A stretch of DNA of 35,019 bases, from the IMG/VR virus record IMGVR_UViG_3300027813_000037, positions 1 to 35,019 of that record; one strand, 5' to 3'. Source of the DNA: a virus. Taxonomy: Duplodnaviria; Caudoviricetes. Both the position numbers and the translations under genes were made by a program. The notes below the pieces were generated by a model. That model did no database searches and was not told where the DNA came from. It worked only from the letters and a program-made list of their open reading frames with translations. Shown one piece after another: positions 28,101-35,019 of the stretch (its first letter is position 1; every line of letters starts with the position of its first letter).

Positions 28101-28257
28101 TACAGTACCAGAAGGAGCTGAAGGCTTCCAAGTTAAGATTGGTACTAAAGCAATGTTCGACGGACCATATGGTAACAGCGGATGGGCTGGAGATGGCTTG
28201 GCAATGTCCTATTTCTTTAGGACGTTAGTCGACCCTACACGTTCAGGACAGCAATAA
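19177..28257 (+). CDS. Giant multidomain virion fibre-like protein (3026 aa)
   Basis: Seven N-terminal W.....Y..GD.V.YGG..Y.C...H repeats, a zincin-like insert, a pectin-lyase-like core (SPYIQNVTNFG, NDFTQIISDGIG), beta-domain repeats, an Asp-box propeller, and the STDQDGNFRVGDLF.VEQATG motif. Confidence 0.85.
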   Translation: MSEFRISRLRFSWVGEWIDQTSYNKDQIVQYEGKAYVCLVPHTSNSFYLDLGAVTPKWDLMMTGQTWKGPWQQFTFYSLDNIAIFGGIVYKCNTQHTSGSVLDTDIVKWDVYAESKTWQSEWTTSTSYGIGDIAQYGGSSYECIVSHTSAATDTDGLEADYFGIDSTLIKWKLVKEGIQWRGLFDDRAVDSTEVRYKLNDIVKYGPSVYKCIEGHVPAAAYIDDSNLGVYTSSALAADATNGAVFDKSLTVNGLKIVVAAEHGVGLIPETFVNKVARMVQLFLDRDGAGIDDPAQENLIATLKGDVGTAHAGYPTAQRMGYGSGASYTPNWLEDAGIPSYSGYQAFLDSNAVNDMVWYLNSSSSRPGNGDDDAAEVIEHIFHTLHLFGVSGAKAGSAAALSYDPDLDANWATSALYLAMEEAIAASVFDISGYGDGNLATAETYKVASKEYTYLLNFVMFEYSSLWDGSSLAPEWNDNSRTPAGVLANNPLGYALFNIYFSTVISKPSLATIRSIFQDNDAGASGYVPQIQNAPNVLEDTFTSSYWELWLPGLDFDSVWLANVIYQPGDVVLYGGYLYQSLTINNINQKPSFNTGAGEEWDIISKAYDVSGAWSSAEEYLIGSVVTYGGDLYVALTDSTNQAPGNFTIDAIYESTGSTGTTIKLDTLDSTDPRGITVGMTVIGEGFAYGQTVQSVSTDGDITTVVLTAPPSGTIPDSAVLTFAGANWSYWELMIPGFSWEGKWATGTLYNQDDILYYGNATYVCTREHTSALVNRPDNDLQNNYWTVYLQHDKTNALTQKGEIIIQSSGEKTPLQIGAQTNVLKVVGELPAWRETDFTPNVYYVATNGLDTPLNGTTADTAWKTIKYAAEQVAKGTGKANEKALLEANKTWAVEETYAWFLYQQNQDISPFDFSVDFLEESTKRDIRYTLDGVVTDLSRGQNARTVTNALSYFDLESTNRYTNQTVADQAIYYTAVIGQLFNFLELALTNTAPAQSFQVLEGYASPVQQYFNAALTIEADTITILNSLEGIIRIPLEAGSPASIPPANQGAYTTINLKSGTYEEALPIVLPPKTALNGDELRGAAIKPLNPINTLCTRTFGDINEFRVGSTVNMVNNTPVQFVSLNPVDEISTKIGGPNIVQGITYYVIGSSIRDDAFRVSATPDGEEVLLATNIGYMYVYGGNALNDMIRVQNGCGVRNLTMSGLLGTLTPQNEYSTRRPSGGSFVALDPGTGVNDTTAWITNKSPYIQNVTNFGTGCVGLKIDSTLHAGGNRSIVCNDFTQIISDGIGVWCTGGDSLVECVSVFSYYNYTGYFAEDGGRIRATNGNSSYGQFGAIAEGFDISETPAVGNVNNRSTQSSASAVSALGTNAEILKIAFAHAGEEYYTTTTNVLTQSNNLINSDWLTDGNLNIVKAATTPFVNEDAWKIEGITNLTDSSYFYQDVAVSPQGRVYTGVSGTNEDGSGIDATFNVTVFSDGYQVSVNQGGSGYVVGNQIRLNGQLFGAQPTVNDIIVQVDTLSITAILTVSHDGTVPVGTSLPYTASIYAKKGTATYFDMYSIFSGYGTRTSAVRFNFTTGALVTVADPDTGKVPDTYTATILEDDWYRISYTFWDITAQNTSLRFKVYPRGVDGLSGSTNFYGAQLQTGELTFFLETDSTTPTSYANVNVSGAGRDAMIIADELRSGSVFQTRVLESSAFTSGGLGYKFQTNNAQSGDTEHLVLAGSEVATAPIYESMRLSISSGQGSGQYGIISQYNAGSKRADVLKESFESLEITTTTASTDRFRLDNDADFHTVYTGQKIQFTPTFYDIDVDSTAQSSTQVLGCLGDLNNYMYVTSTAQLKVGQKINFTGTPFGGVAVGFEYFIINVIDDTSIQVSTSLGGGVWPLSNVNIEDPAGAPIVLTTEYAQFTLNFPSNTSYLYGTSTADMSVGLPVQFTGTSLGEVVLGQTYFIHDIYDANRFSISANRLTFDTTETISSTNSLTIADTSTLIPLNPITFRSGVIGGLAEKTQYWINTLLDGTTFTLSDTVITTAATASQAVTNLITVTSTAGFIPGTPIILTGTTFGSIENDKVYYIQVVNDATTFTISETASGSAVPLLTAVGNIIVRTLANTVAVTDATGTMITQTPGAKATVSAGGGATMGASFYTETFGGIALGTTYYVLEKIETTPADVYTSSGNWTVDTTWVGNTINIGLDSSPAAALLTALGTLGEDSTLAAFTMTDTTYGALTVTLTGGSQWSETPAGGVIIQGATVQTAPGGAGGATQITSMSLPTGAPVIKEMTIETTLGSGTPVQLIQDVGSMQIGAVGWDHINPGTPLVTVFDSTTVYTISPRVKYSPPPFTQTAMTTLASAELFKVIASNGFYPIAIPESGDQAYSTSDYLAWNVTITLPKIGDTVVQIEDPDNPGSLINNPTYNGGWVDLVYGNNTWVLISRTGNVLYSVSEGQTWLSAELPTLGTGEVYTSVAYTNGAFVAVGTSSKSAYSVNNGNTWTEVDQTIDNDEWVDLAAGAGTFVAIAGSSHAIKYSNNSGATWTEGTVDTSGDSTINNWRQIKFGNGRFVAVSSDLRSAVYSFDGVTWYNSNLAVQGEILEYGNGVFLLLNTLTGVCCQSNDGLDWKVVPGDISAYTGLGFSFDATTKRGWFLTLSTDGIAHKISTGAQAQATASITATKLTGFNMLASGSGYTTLPTLLLKDPNNSKDAITEVRIGDGVLGAPTFTNYGSGYSTTSTSIAINGSGYADIFQTGLRIILKNLTRLPQPGDNIEFTGVDETYRVAKATVLRGTTIPNLEASVQISPTMSEVLSPAHNTTFSMRSRFSQVRLTNHDFLNIGFGNQLQSNYPGLPENTNLEPQDEIQETNNGRVFYSSTDQDGNFRVGDLFAVEQATGIVTLSADEFGLDGLTELSIGGVALGGSPVVVTQFSTDGTFVANSNTIVPTEKAIKTYLTGRLSQGGSDTFTGLLTAGTVKVGGPDEITSTVPEGAEGFQVKIGTKAMFDGPYGNSGWAGDGLAMSYFFRTLVDPTRSGQQ
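19201..21545 (+). repeat. Seven CBM5/12-like (chitin-binding type 3-like) aromatic repeats, interrupted by two inserts
   Basis: Examples: WTTSTSYGIGDIAQYGGSSYECIVSHTS and WATGTLYNQDDILYYGNATYVCTREHTS. Confidence 0.75.
26434..27027 (+). repeat. Asp-box/BNR-like beta-propeller repeats
   Basis: YSVSEGQTW, YSVNNGNTW, YSNNSGATW, YSFDGVTW and QSNDGLDW, each preceded by a (Y/F)GNG.FV-like strand. Confidence 0.75.
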
Positions 28258-28265
28258 GATAAATA
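28258..28265 (+). promoter_or_regulatory. Late promoter variant GATAAATA
   Basis: Directly after the upstream stop codon and 28 nt before ATG 28294. Confidence 0.65.
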
Positions 28266-28293
28266 ACAATAGTAAAGCATAGATGGAGCTAAA

Positions 28294-31200
28294 ATGGCAG
28301 AATTTAAACTAGGTAGAATTAGATTTGTATGGCAGGGTGACTGGGCAACTGGTAGAGCATATGTTGCAGATGACGTTATAAGTTTTGGCGGCAAATCTTA
28401 TATATGTGTAAAGAATCACACTGCTGCATCAGAATTTAACACAGATTTTACCAATGAAATACCAAAGTGGGAAATAGTATCCGACGGAACTAGTTGGAAA
28501 GGTGATTGGGACGCTGAAGTAGAATATGCTCCGGGCGACGTAGTTAAGTATGGTGCGAATGTTTACATTTGCGAAACTGGTCACGTATCAGCCACATATG
28601 CATCACCAACATTTTTAGGATTAGAAAATGATCTGTCAAAGTGGACAAGTTTTGCAACTTCCTTTGACTGGAAAAGTTCTTGGACAAATACAACAAGATT
28701 TAAAATAAATGACCTAGTGCGCTACGGCGGATTTGTTTATGTTTGTAATACTGCACACGTTTCGGCAGCCACTGATCTATTAGGATTAGAAGCCGACTCT
28801 GGTAAATGGACATTGTTTAGTGACGGTATTGTTTACACAGGTGACTGGGTAACATCAACTAGATATCGTGTTAATGACTTGGTCAAGTACGGCGGCAATA
28901 TTTGGATTGCAACAGAAGCTCACGCTTCAGGTGGATTTGAATCAGACACAGCTAAATGGGATTCGTTCATCGAAGGCTTTCAATTTGAAGACTCATGGGC
29001 AATTGGAACTGCATATCAAACTGGCGACACTGTAACCTATGGTGGTTATGTTTATGTTGCTAAAAGAAATACTACAGGCGACAAACCGACGATTAGCACA
29101 GATGACTGGTCAGTATTTACAACTGGCTTTAAGTTCCAAGGTGAATATTCTTCACTAACTAATTATTTGGTCGGAGACGTTGTTAGATTAGGCGGCTCGA
29201 CTTATGTAGCACTAACTGACAACGCCGACGCAGAGCCTACTACAGACGCTGCATGGAGCCAATTAAACTCAGGTGTTAACTGGACACAAAGCACTGAAAC
29301 ATTCTTACAAGTACAGGGCGTTAACGCTGCTGGAGTAAGTGGATCAGGAGCACGATTTGACGTTGTAAAAGCTGACACAGTTTATACAGTTAGTGTATCA
29401 ACGGGCTTTGCAGGATCAGGTTATTCTGCTACTAATATTATTACTATTGCTGGTTCATCAGTAGGTGGCACATCACCGGCTAACGATATTACTGTTACAG
29501 TAGCAGGCGAAACAGCAGGCGTAATTGATACAGTTACACACACAGGTAATTCATCTTCTTGGAAAGCTACAACAGTTTACAATGTAGGCGATGTAGTGTT
29601 CTTTGGAGCAAGTAGTTTTATCTGTGTACAAAAGCACACAGCTGATACAGCAAAAAGACCAGACAACGATGCAGTTGCAGCATACTGGAATCTACTAACA
29701 TTAGGGTCAGAAGCATTATCATTAACTACTGAAGGCGACTTAGTTTATTACGGAGACAACGGACCAACAAGATTGCCAATTGGCATCGACGGCCAGATTC
29801 TACGTGTAACTGACGGCAAGCCATCTTGGGCTAACTACGGTCTAATTGACAATGTTGTTTATGTTGGTCCACTAGGCAAAAACGAACCAGCACCAGTTAA
29901 CGGATTAACAGTTGACAAGCCTTGGAGCAGTGTGCGCTATGCCCTGGAGCAAGTACGTGACGGTTATTTAAATCCACAAGCAAAACAAATTCTTAAAAAT
30001 AACAAAGAATTTATGATGAAAGAAGTATCCAGCTGGATTGGTGTTAACTACAGAGTAGTTGTTACAGCAACGCAAGTTGGAACACAAGAATTTACTACAG
30101 CGACGACAGCTAATCTTACACCTGGCATGCCAATTGTGTTTGACGGCACGCTTGGCGGAGTAACAGCAGGAACAATTTACTATGTTGAATCCGCTACTTC
30201 TGCATCAAAGTTTAGAATTAGTGTAGTACAAAATAGCGGCATTCCGTTAGTATTAACTACGCAATCCGGTAGAATGGTAGGCAATTTAGCATATGATTCT
30301 GTTAAGTGCGAACGCGACACTGGCTTAATTATTGATGCATTAATATATGATGTATCACGAGGCGGCACATTAAAAACTACTGAAGCTGCTAAATCATATT
30401 ATACACCTGCAGGAAACTTATATATTAATGGCACGTTTGGATCGCAAAAAGCCCAAACAGTTGCAGCAAACGTTCAGCTAAAAAGTATTATAGCTGATGT
30501 GTTAGCTAACAAGCAACCATTAAACTATCAGTCATTTAATATGATTGATCTTGAAGATAGAGCAATACAAGTCATTGACACTACTTTAGTAGCTGAAGCT
30601 GACGGTATTACAAAAGCAGCAGCAATGATAGATATTGTTACAACTGGTTTAAATGCAGGATCAGCAACAGCTATTCCTACAGTAACTAATCCAAATACAA
30701 CGCTGTTTATAAAAACTGGTACTTATAACGAAGTATTACCGATTATTGTTCCAGAATTTACTGCTGTTGTTGGTGACGAACTACGTACAAGTGTTGTTCA
30801 ACCACAGCCAGCAATTGCATTACTAGCAAATGATAAACCTAAAACTATTAGTTCTTTAAATAGAATTAAAGCGTTAGTTCCAGATCTTATGCAAAATATT
30901 GAAATTACTCCTACTAGTGGAAACACAGCACCGCAGACATTTGTTAACGGCTACGGCGGAACAACTGATGCTACTGATAGATTAGATGTTGGTGTAGAAT
31001 TAATCCAAGACATCTTAGCACTAGGCTTAGATGTAATTCCAGCATTACCGGCTGTAGGTAGTACACCTACAAGCGGAGCAACCAATGCAAGTATTGCAGG
31101 TTACGCTAATGCAGTAGCACAAATTACAGCAAACGTTGAGTTTATTGTTGCAGAACAAACTGCTTGGATTCAAGCACAAGTTGACGGTGTAATTGCACCG

Positions 31201-34200
31201 TTTGCAGCAGACTTTACCTTTGATACAGCAAATTGTGAAAGAGATACACGTTATATTGTTGACGCTTTGCGTTACGACTTAACATACGGTGGCAACTCAG
31301 AAACTACTGTTGCTGCAAGAAGTTACTTTGTAAACGGAAATCCAGTGTACGGTACCGGCAAGAAAGACGAAACACTTGCAACATATGCACACCTAAAATC
31401 AATCATTGGTGACATCATTGTTGAAACTACTATCACAGCAACTACTGGTAACAACGTTGCACAAAACGTTGACAACGCGGCTGGTAGTAGTGCTGCTGAA
31501 ACTTTTGCAGATACACGCATACAAGAAATTTATGACAGCATTGATAATGACGGAACATTGCCAAGTGTAGTTGTTCCAGATATTACTTGGGTATCAGCAC
31601 CGCTAACAACAGTTAATACTGAAATTGTTGCTTCTAAGGCAACATTACAAACATCAGTTATTGATTATGTTAACAGCAACTTTGGTTCATATACATATGA
31701 TAGTGCTAAGTGTCGCAGAGATTCTGGCATACTAAAAACTGGTGCAGCATACGATATTGCACTAGAAACTAACTTTAACGCAGTACGAGATGGTCTTTCA
31801 TATCGTAGAGGTTCTAGTGTAAAAGTACTAACAGGACAATTAACTGAAACATTAGGTGCAATTGCACAAGAGAAAATATTAGTAGAAGCATTACTATCTG
31901 ACTCTACAGCAATTACACGTAACACAGCATATTGGGCCGAAGTAGCTGACATTATTACTAATGGCGTAGCAAATGCAGATACATTGACATTTGTTGATAC
32001 TGGTGTAGCTGGAAAAACTACAGCACGTACAGAAATGGTAGACAATCGTGCAGCTATTATTAGTGCATTAACAACTTGGATTACTACAAACTATGCTTCA
32101 CTAAGTTACGATACAGCAACTTGTGAAAGAGACACTGGTTATATTATTGATGCACTTTGCTATGACGTAAACTATGGCGGCAACAGTGCAACATTAGAGT
32201 CAACAAAAGCATACTTTGATGGTTGGGTATCAGTACTTCCAGTAGCACAGCGAGCTATTGAAGTGTTGGCAATGACACAACTAAAAACTATTATTAACGG
32301 TTACTTGTCGGGCGCAACTGAAGAAGCTGAAGTAAGCACATTATTAGATATCCTTATTACATCAATTGATGCAGGAAGTTTAAGTAACATTCCAGCAGCA
32401 GTTTATCCTAGCATTGTTTGGGTAGCTGACGCTATCGAAAGTGATGCAAATGATGTACTTGCTAATACTACAGTTGTACCAGCAGTGCTACAATTTATCA
32501 CAAATACATATAGTGGATTTGTTTACGATCACGCTAAGTGTTCAAGAGATATTGGATTTATAATTGATGCAATACGCTTTGATATTATGTTTAATAGTAG
32601 CTTTAGATCACTAAAAGCAGGCATGAGCTATCGTAGAGGCATTGCGTCAGCTGGCGTAGTTATTGACAGTCAACTATCTGCTACACTAGACTCTATTGAG
32701 TTTTTAAGATCTGAAATTAAAGATATAACTTCAGGTAATAATAAAATTGAAACAAGTGCAGAGCTAATTAGAGATATTATGATATCCGCAGTTGAGCCAA
32801 CTACGTTTACTATTACAGATCCAACTGCATACGATGTTGGCTTCTTTAATGCTAGACGCTTAATTGTTCTTAACAAGCAATTTATAATTGACGAAGTTGA
32901 AGCATACATGGATGACAACTTTGATACACTTTGGCAATCACTAAGTGCAGCTAATAAAGCAAAATGTCTACGTGACATGGGCTATATTATTGATGCTCTA
33001 CAGTATGACTTAACATATCGCGGTAACTTAGAAACTATTGTTGCTGCAAGTTCTTATTATGTTGATGGCGTATTACAAGAGCCAAGTGATCAAAAGACGG
33101 CTGCAATTGCTGTACAAACACGTTTAGCAGATATTATTGATAACATTGCTATTGGTAATACAGCAGGCTGGACAAAATCTACAAGTAACGCAAATACACA
33201 AGATGTAACAGGAACAGCTGGTAGTGCAGGCGCAGCAGCATTTGCACAAGATCGTATTAACGAAATTAAAAACACAATTGATACTGGCGATACTCCTGCA
33301 TTAATTAGTCCAAGTACTGCTTGGGTTGATACTGCACTAGTACAATTTAAAGCAGTAGTAGACAATAGAAAAGCTATTATACAAGAAGCTGCTATTGATT
33401 ACATTAACTTTATGTATCCGGCACTATCATACAACGAAGCTAAATGCTCACGTGATGTTGGCTATATACTTGATGCTATTGTTTATGATGTATTATTTGG
33501 AAGTGACTTTAGAACTGCTAAAGCAGGCATGTCTTATCTTAGAGGCGTAGCATCAGCTGGTATTGTTCTTGCAAATCAATTAGATCCAACTATTAGCACA
33601 ATTAACTTTATTGAACAAGCATTACTACAACTTACAGTTGGTGTTGAAAGTAAGGTTGGAACAACTGATGCATCATATGCAGCAGTTGCAAGAACAGACG
33701 ATATTAAAAATATTGTACAAAACGGGTTAGAAGCAATACCTGGATATGTTCTTACTATGCCAACTAACTTAACCGCTGACCTTGCATATGCAACAACTTC
33801 AAACACAACTGGAGCAATTGCAACTTACAGTTTTGCAGCAGATCAATTAGCTGCTAACTCAGCATTCATCCAATTGGAAGTACGTAAGTGGTTAGAAGAT
33901 TCAGCAAATAGTTATGATACATTTTGGGGAACACTAAGCAGTTCTGCACAAGATAACTGTATCCGAGATATTGGATATATTGTTGACGCAGTACGTTATG
34001 ATTTAACATACGGTGGTAACACACAGTCATTAATTGCAGGTAGTGCATATTACTCAAACTTTGTATTAACTATTGGAGCAAACGAGCTTCCAGCAACACT
34101 TGCAGCATATGCAAGAATGAAAGCAGTAATTGGCGAAGTTATTGCAGAAACTACAGTAACTAAATCAACAGGCAACAACTTAACACAGGATACAACAGGA

Positions 34201-35019
34201 ACGGCTGGTAACGCAAATACAGTTGAATTTGCAAATGACAGAGTTGATGACGTATTAGATTGGATCAACAACGCTGAATCAAACGCAACTATTGAAGTTG
34301 CCACAGCTTGGGCAGAACCAGATACAAGAGCTGCTTATAACAGTCTTGTAAGTCGTAAAAATGAAATTGTTGAAGATGTTGTATATTGGGTAGAGAAGTT
34401 CTGGCAGAAAATACAATACAATCAAGAAACATGTCGCAGAGATGCAGGCTTAATGGTTGATGCAGTAACACGCGATTTGATTACAGGATCAAACTTTGCT
34501 TCTATTAAAGCAGGTATGAGCTATTACAGAGCGTTAACGTCAACAGCAGAAGTAACTAATAATGAATTAGAAGCTACTATTGGTGCAGTTAACTTCTTAG
34601 CATACAAAGTTAAGCATATTGCATCTACTACAGCATCGGCACACGCATCAATAATTATTGATGAAATTACAGCATACATTGATGGTGGCAAGAAGCCAAC
34701 TACTAAATGGCAAGCAACATCTACTACTGACACGCAAGACGTAGCTGGCGCAACTTTAGTATGGGAAAATAAATTATTCATCCAAACAGAAGTTATTGAA
34801 TACTTAGATATCGAATATCCAGGTAACACATACCTTAAAGAAAAATGTACACGCGATGTTGGCTTGTTAGTTGATGCATTACGTTATGACTTAACATACG
34901 GCGGCAACAGTGCATTAACACAGTTTGGATTGTCTTATTATGATAATGCCGTGCTTGTAATTAGCGAAGATGATAAAGTAGCAACAATTGCAGCGTACGA
35001 TTATGCAAAATTCTTAGCA
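28294..35019 (+). CDS. Giant virion protein (>2242 aa, 3'-truncated), paralog of 19177..28257, carrying an array of CxRD helical repeats
   Basis: Missing from the ORF track because no stop falls inside the window. ATG 28294 with RBS GGAG; begins MAEFKLGRIRFVWQGDW. The same frame reads sensibly in all segments I translated and ends ..ATIAAYDYAKFLA at 35019. Confidence 0.9.
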   Translation, partial: MAEFKLGRIRFVWQGDWATGRAYVADDVISFGGKSYICVKNHTAASEFNTDFTNEIPKWEIVSDGTSWKGDWDAEVEYAPGDVVKYGANVYICETGHVSATYASPTFLGLENDLSKWTSFATSFDWKSSWTNTTRFKINDLVRYGGFVYVCNTAHVSAATDLLGLEADSGKWTLFSDGIVYTGDWVTSTRYRVNDLVKYGGNIWIATEAHASGGFESDTAKWDSFIEGFQFEDSWAIGTAYQTGDTVTYGGYVYVAKRNTTGDKPTISTDDWSVFTTGFKFQGEYSSLTNYLVGDVVRLGGSTYVALTDNADAEPTTDAAWSQLNSGVNWTQSTETFLQVQGVNAAGVSGSGARFDVVKADTVYTVSVSTGFAGSGYSATNIITIAGSSVGGTSPANDITVTVAGETAGVIDTVTHTGNSSSWKATTVYNVGDVVFFGASSFICVQKHTADTAKRPDNDAVAAYWNLLTLGSEALSLTTEGDLVYYGDNGPTRLPIGIDGQILRVTDGKPSWANYGLIDNVVYVGPLGKNEPAPVNGLTVDKPWSSVRYALEQVRDGYLNPQAKQILKNNKEFMMKEVSSWIGVNYRVVVTATQVGTQEFTTATTANLTPGMPIVFDGTLGGVTAGTIYYVESATSASKFRISVVQNSGIPLVLTTQSGRMVGNLAYDSVKCERDTGLIIDALIYDVSRGGTLKTTEAAKSYYTPAGNLYINGTFGSQKAQTVAANVQLKSIIADVLANKQPLNYQSFNMIDLEDRAIQVIDTTLVAEADGITKAAAMIDIVTTGLNAGSATAIPTVTNPNTTLFIKTGTYNEVLPIIVPEFTAVVGDELRTSVVQPQPAIALLANDKPKTISSLNRIKALVPDLMQNIEITPTSGNTAPQTFVNGYGGTTDATDRLDVGVELIQDILALGLDVIPALPAVGSTPTSGATNASIAGYANAVAQITANVEFIVAEQTAWIQAQVDGVIAPFAADFTFDTANCERDTRYIVDALRYDLTYGGNSETTVAARSYFVNGNPVYGTGKKDETLATYAHLKSIIGDIIVETTITATTGNNVAQNVDNAAGSSAAETFADTRIQEIYDSIDNDGTLPSVVVPDITWVSAPLTTVNTEIVASKATLQTSVIDYVNSNFGSYTYDSAKCRRDSGILKTGAAYDIALETNFNAVRDGLSYRRGSSVKVLTGQLTETLGAIAQEKILVEALLSDSTAITRNTAYWAEVADIITNGVANADTLTFVDTGVAGKTTARTEMVDNRAAIISALTTWITTNYASLSYDTATCERDTGYIIDALCYDVNYGGNSATLESTKAYFDGWVSVLPVAQRAIEVLAMTQLKTIINGYLSGATEEAEVSTLLDILITSIDAGSLSNIPAAVYPSIVWVADAIESDANDVLANTTVVPAVLQFITNTYSGFVYDHAKCSRDIGFIIDAIRFDIMFNSSFRSLKAGMSYRRGIASAGVVIDSQLSATLDSIEFLRSEIKDITSGNNKIETSAELIRDIMISAVEPTTFTITDPTAYDVGFFNARRLIVLNKQFIIDEVEAYMDDNFDTLWQSLSAANKAKCLRDMGYIIDALQYDLTYRGNLETIVAASSYYVDGVLQEPSDQKTAAIAVQTRLADIIDNIAIGNTAGWTKSTSNANTQDVTGTAGSAGAAAFAQDRINEIKNTIDTGDTPALISPSTAWVDTALVQFKAVVDNRKAIIQEAAIDYINFMYPALSYNEAKCSRDVGYILDAIVYDVLFGSDFRTAKAGMSYLRGVASAGIVLANQLDPTISTINFIEQALLQLTVGVESKVGTTDASYAAVARTDDIKNIVQNGLEAIPGYVLTMPTNLTADLAYATTSNTTGAIATYSFAADQLAANSAFIQLEVRKWLEDSANSYDTFWGTLSSSAQDNCIRDIGYIVDAVRYDLTYGGNTQSLIAGSAYYSNFVLTIGANELPATLAAYARMKAVIGEVIAETTVTKSTGNNLTQDTTGTAGNANTVEFANDRVDDVLDWINNAESNATIEVATAWAEPDTRAAYNSLVSRKNEIVEDVVYWVEKFWQKIQYNQETCRRDAGLMVDAVTRDLITGSNFASIKAGMSYYRALTSTAEVTNNELEATIGAVNFLAYKVKHIASTTASAHASIIIDEITAYIDGGKKPTTKWQATSTTDTQDVAGATLVWENKLFIQTEVIEYLDIEYPGNTYLKEKCTRDVGLLVDALRYDLTYGGNSALTQFGLSYYDNAVLVISEDDKVATIAAYDYAKFLA
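28321..29700 (+). repeat. Seven CBM5/12-like aromatic repeats
   Basis: Manual translation, e.g. WDAEVEYAPGDVVKYGANVYICETGHVS and WTNTTRFKINDLVRYGGFVYVCNTAHVS. Confidence 0.75.
30295..34945 (+). repeat. Ten helical repeats with consensus C-x-R-D-x-G-(Y/L)-I-x-D-A-x-x-Y-D
   Basis: Cys codons start at 30307, 31234, 31711, 32122, 32539, 32965, 33445, 33958, 34432 and 34846. Confidence 0.9.

Noticed and set aside
3-28257. All 15 called stop codons are TAA, raising the possibility of TAG/TGA reassignment
   Set aside because: Multi-kilobase genes are fully open in the standard code, no gene appears fragmented, and no suppressor tRNA is seen. AT bias is sufficient.

Overview
This is a 35 kb, AT-rich, single-strand (+) virion-morphogenesis region of a large T4-like myophage (Caudoviricetes), probably aquatic; the host cannot be determined from the window. 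It opens with a T4-type head module: an acidic prohead core protein, gp21 protease, gp22 scaffold and a compact gp23 major capsid protein. Next comes a self-contained RNA unit: a near-consensus sigma70 promoter, a ~200 nt structured non-coding RNA, tRNA-Gly(UCC) and a terminator. Several small virion genes follow, then four giant paralogous fibre-like genes (1924 aa, 1429 aa, 3026 aa and >2242 aa). The last one runs off the window and is absent from the ORF track. Six intergenic NATAAATA motifs look like T4-type late promoters. The most striking signal is in the last gene: ten helical repeats, nine of them tandem at 137-171 aa spacing and strictly alternating between two subtypes. Each keeps a C-x-R-D motif in a context resembling the bilin-attachment helix of phycobiliproteins. 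Other notable items are an FG-GAP propeller with a constant framework and hypervariable loops, a pseudoknotted late-gene leader, and several inserted domains (UBA1 FCCH-like, dockerin-like, zincin-like). All protein-family calls come from motif recognition by eye, not from database searches.
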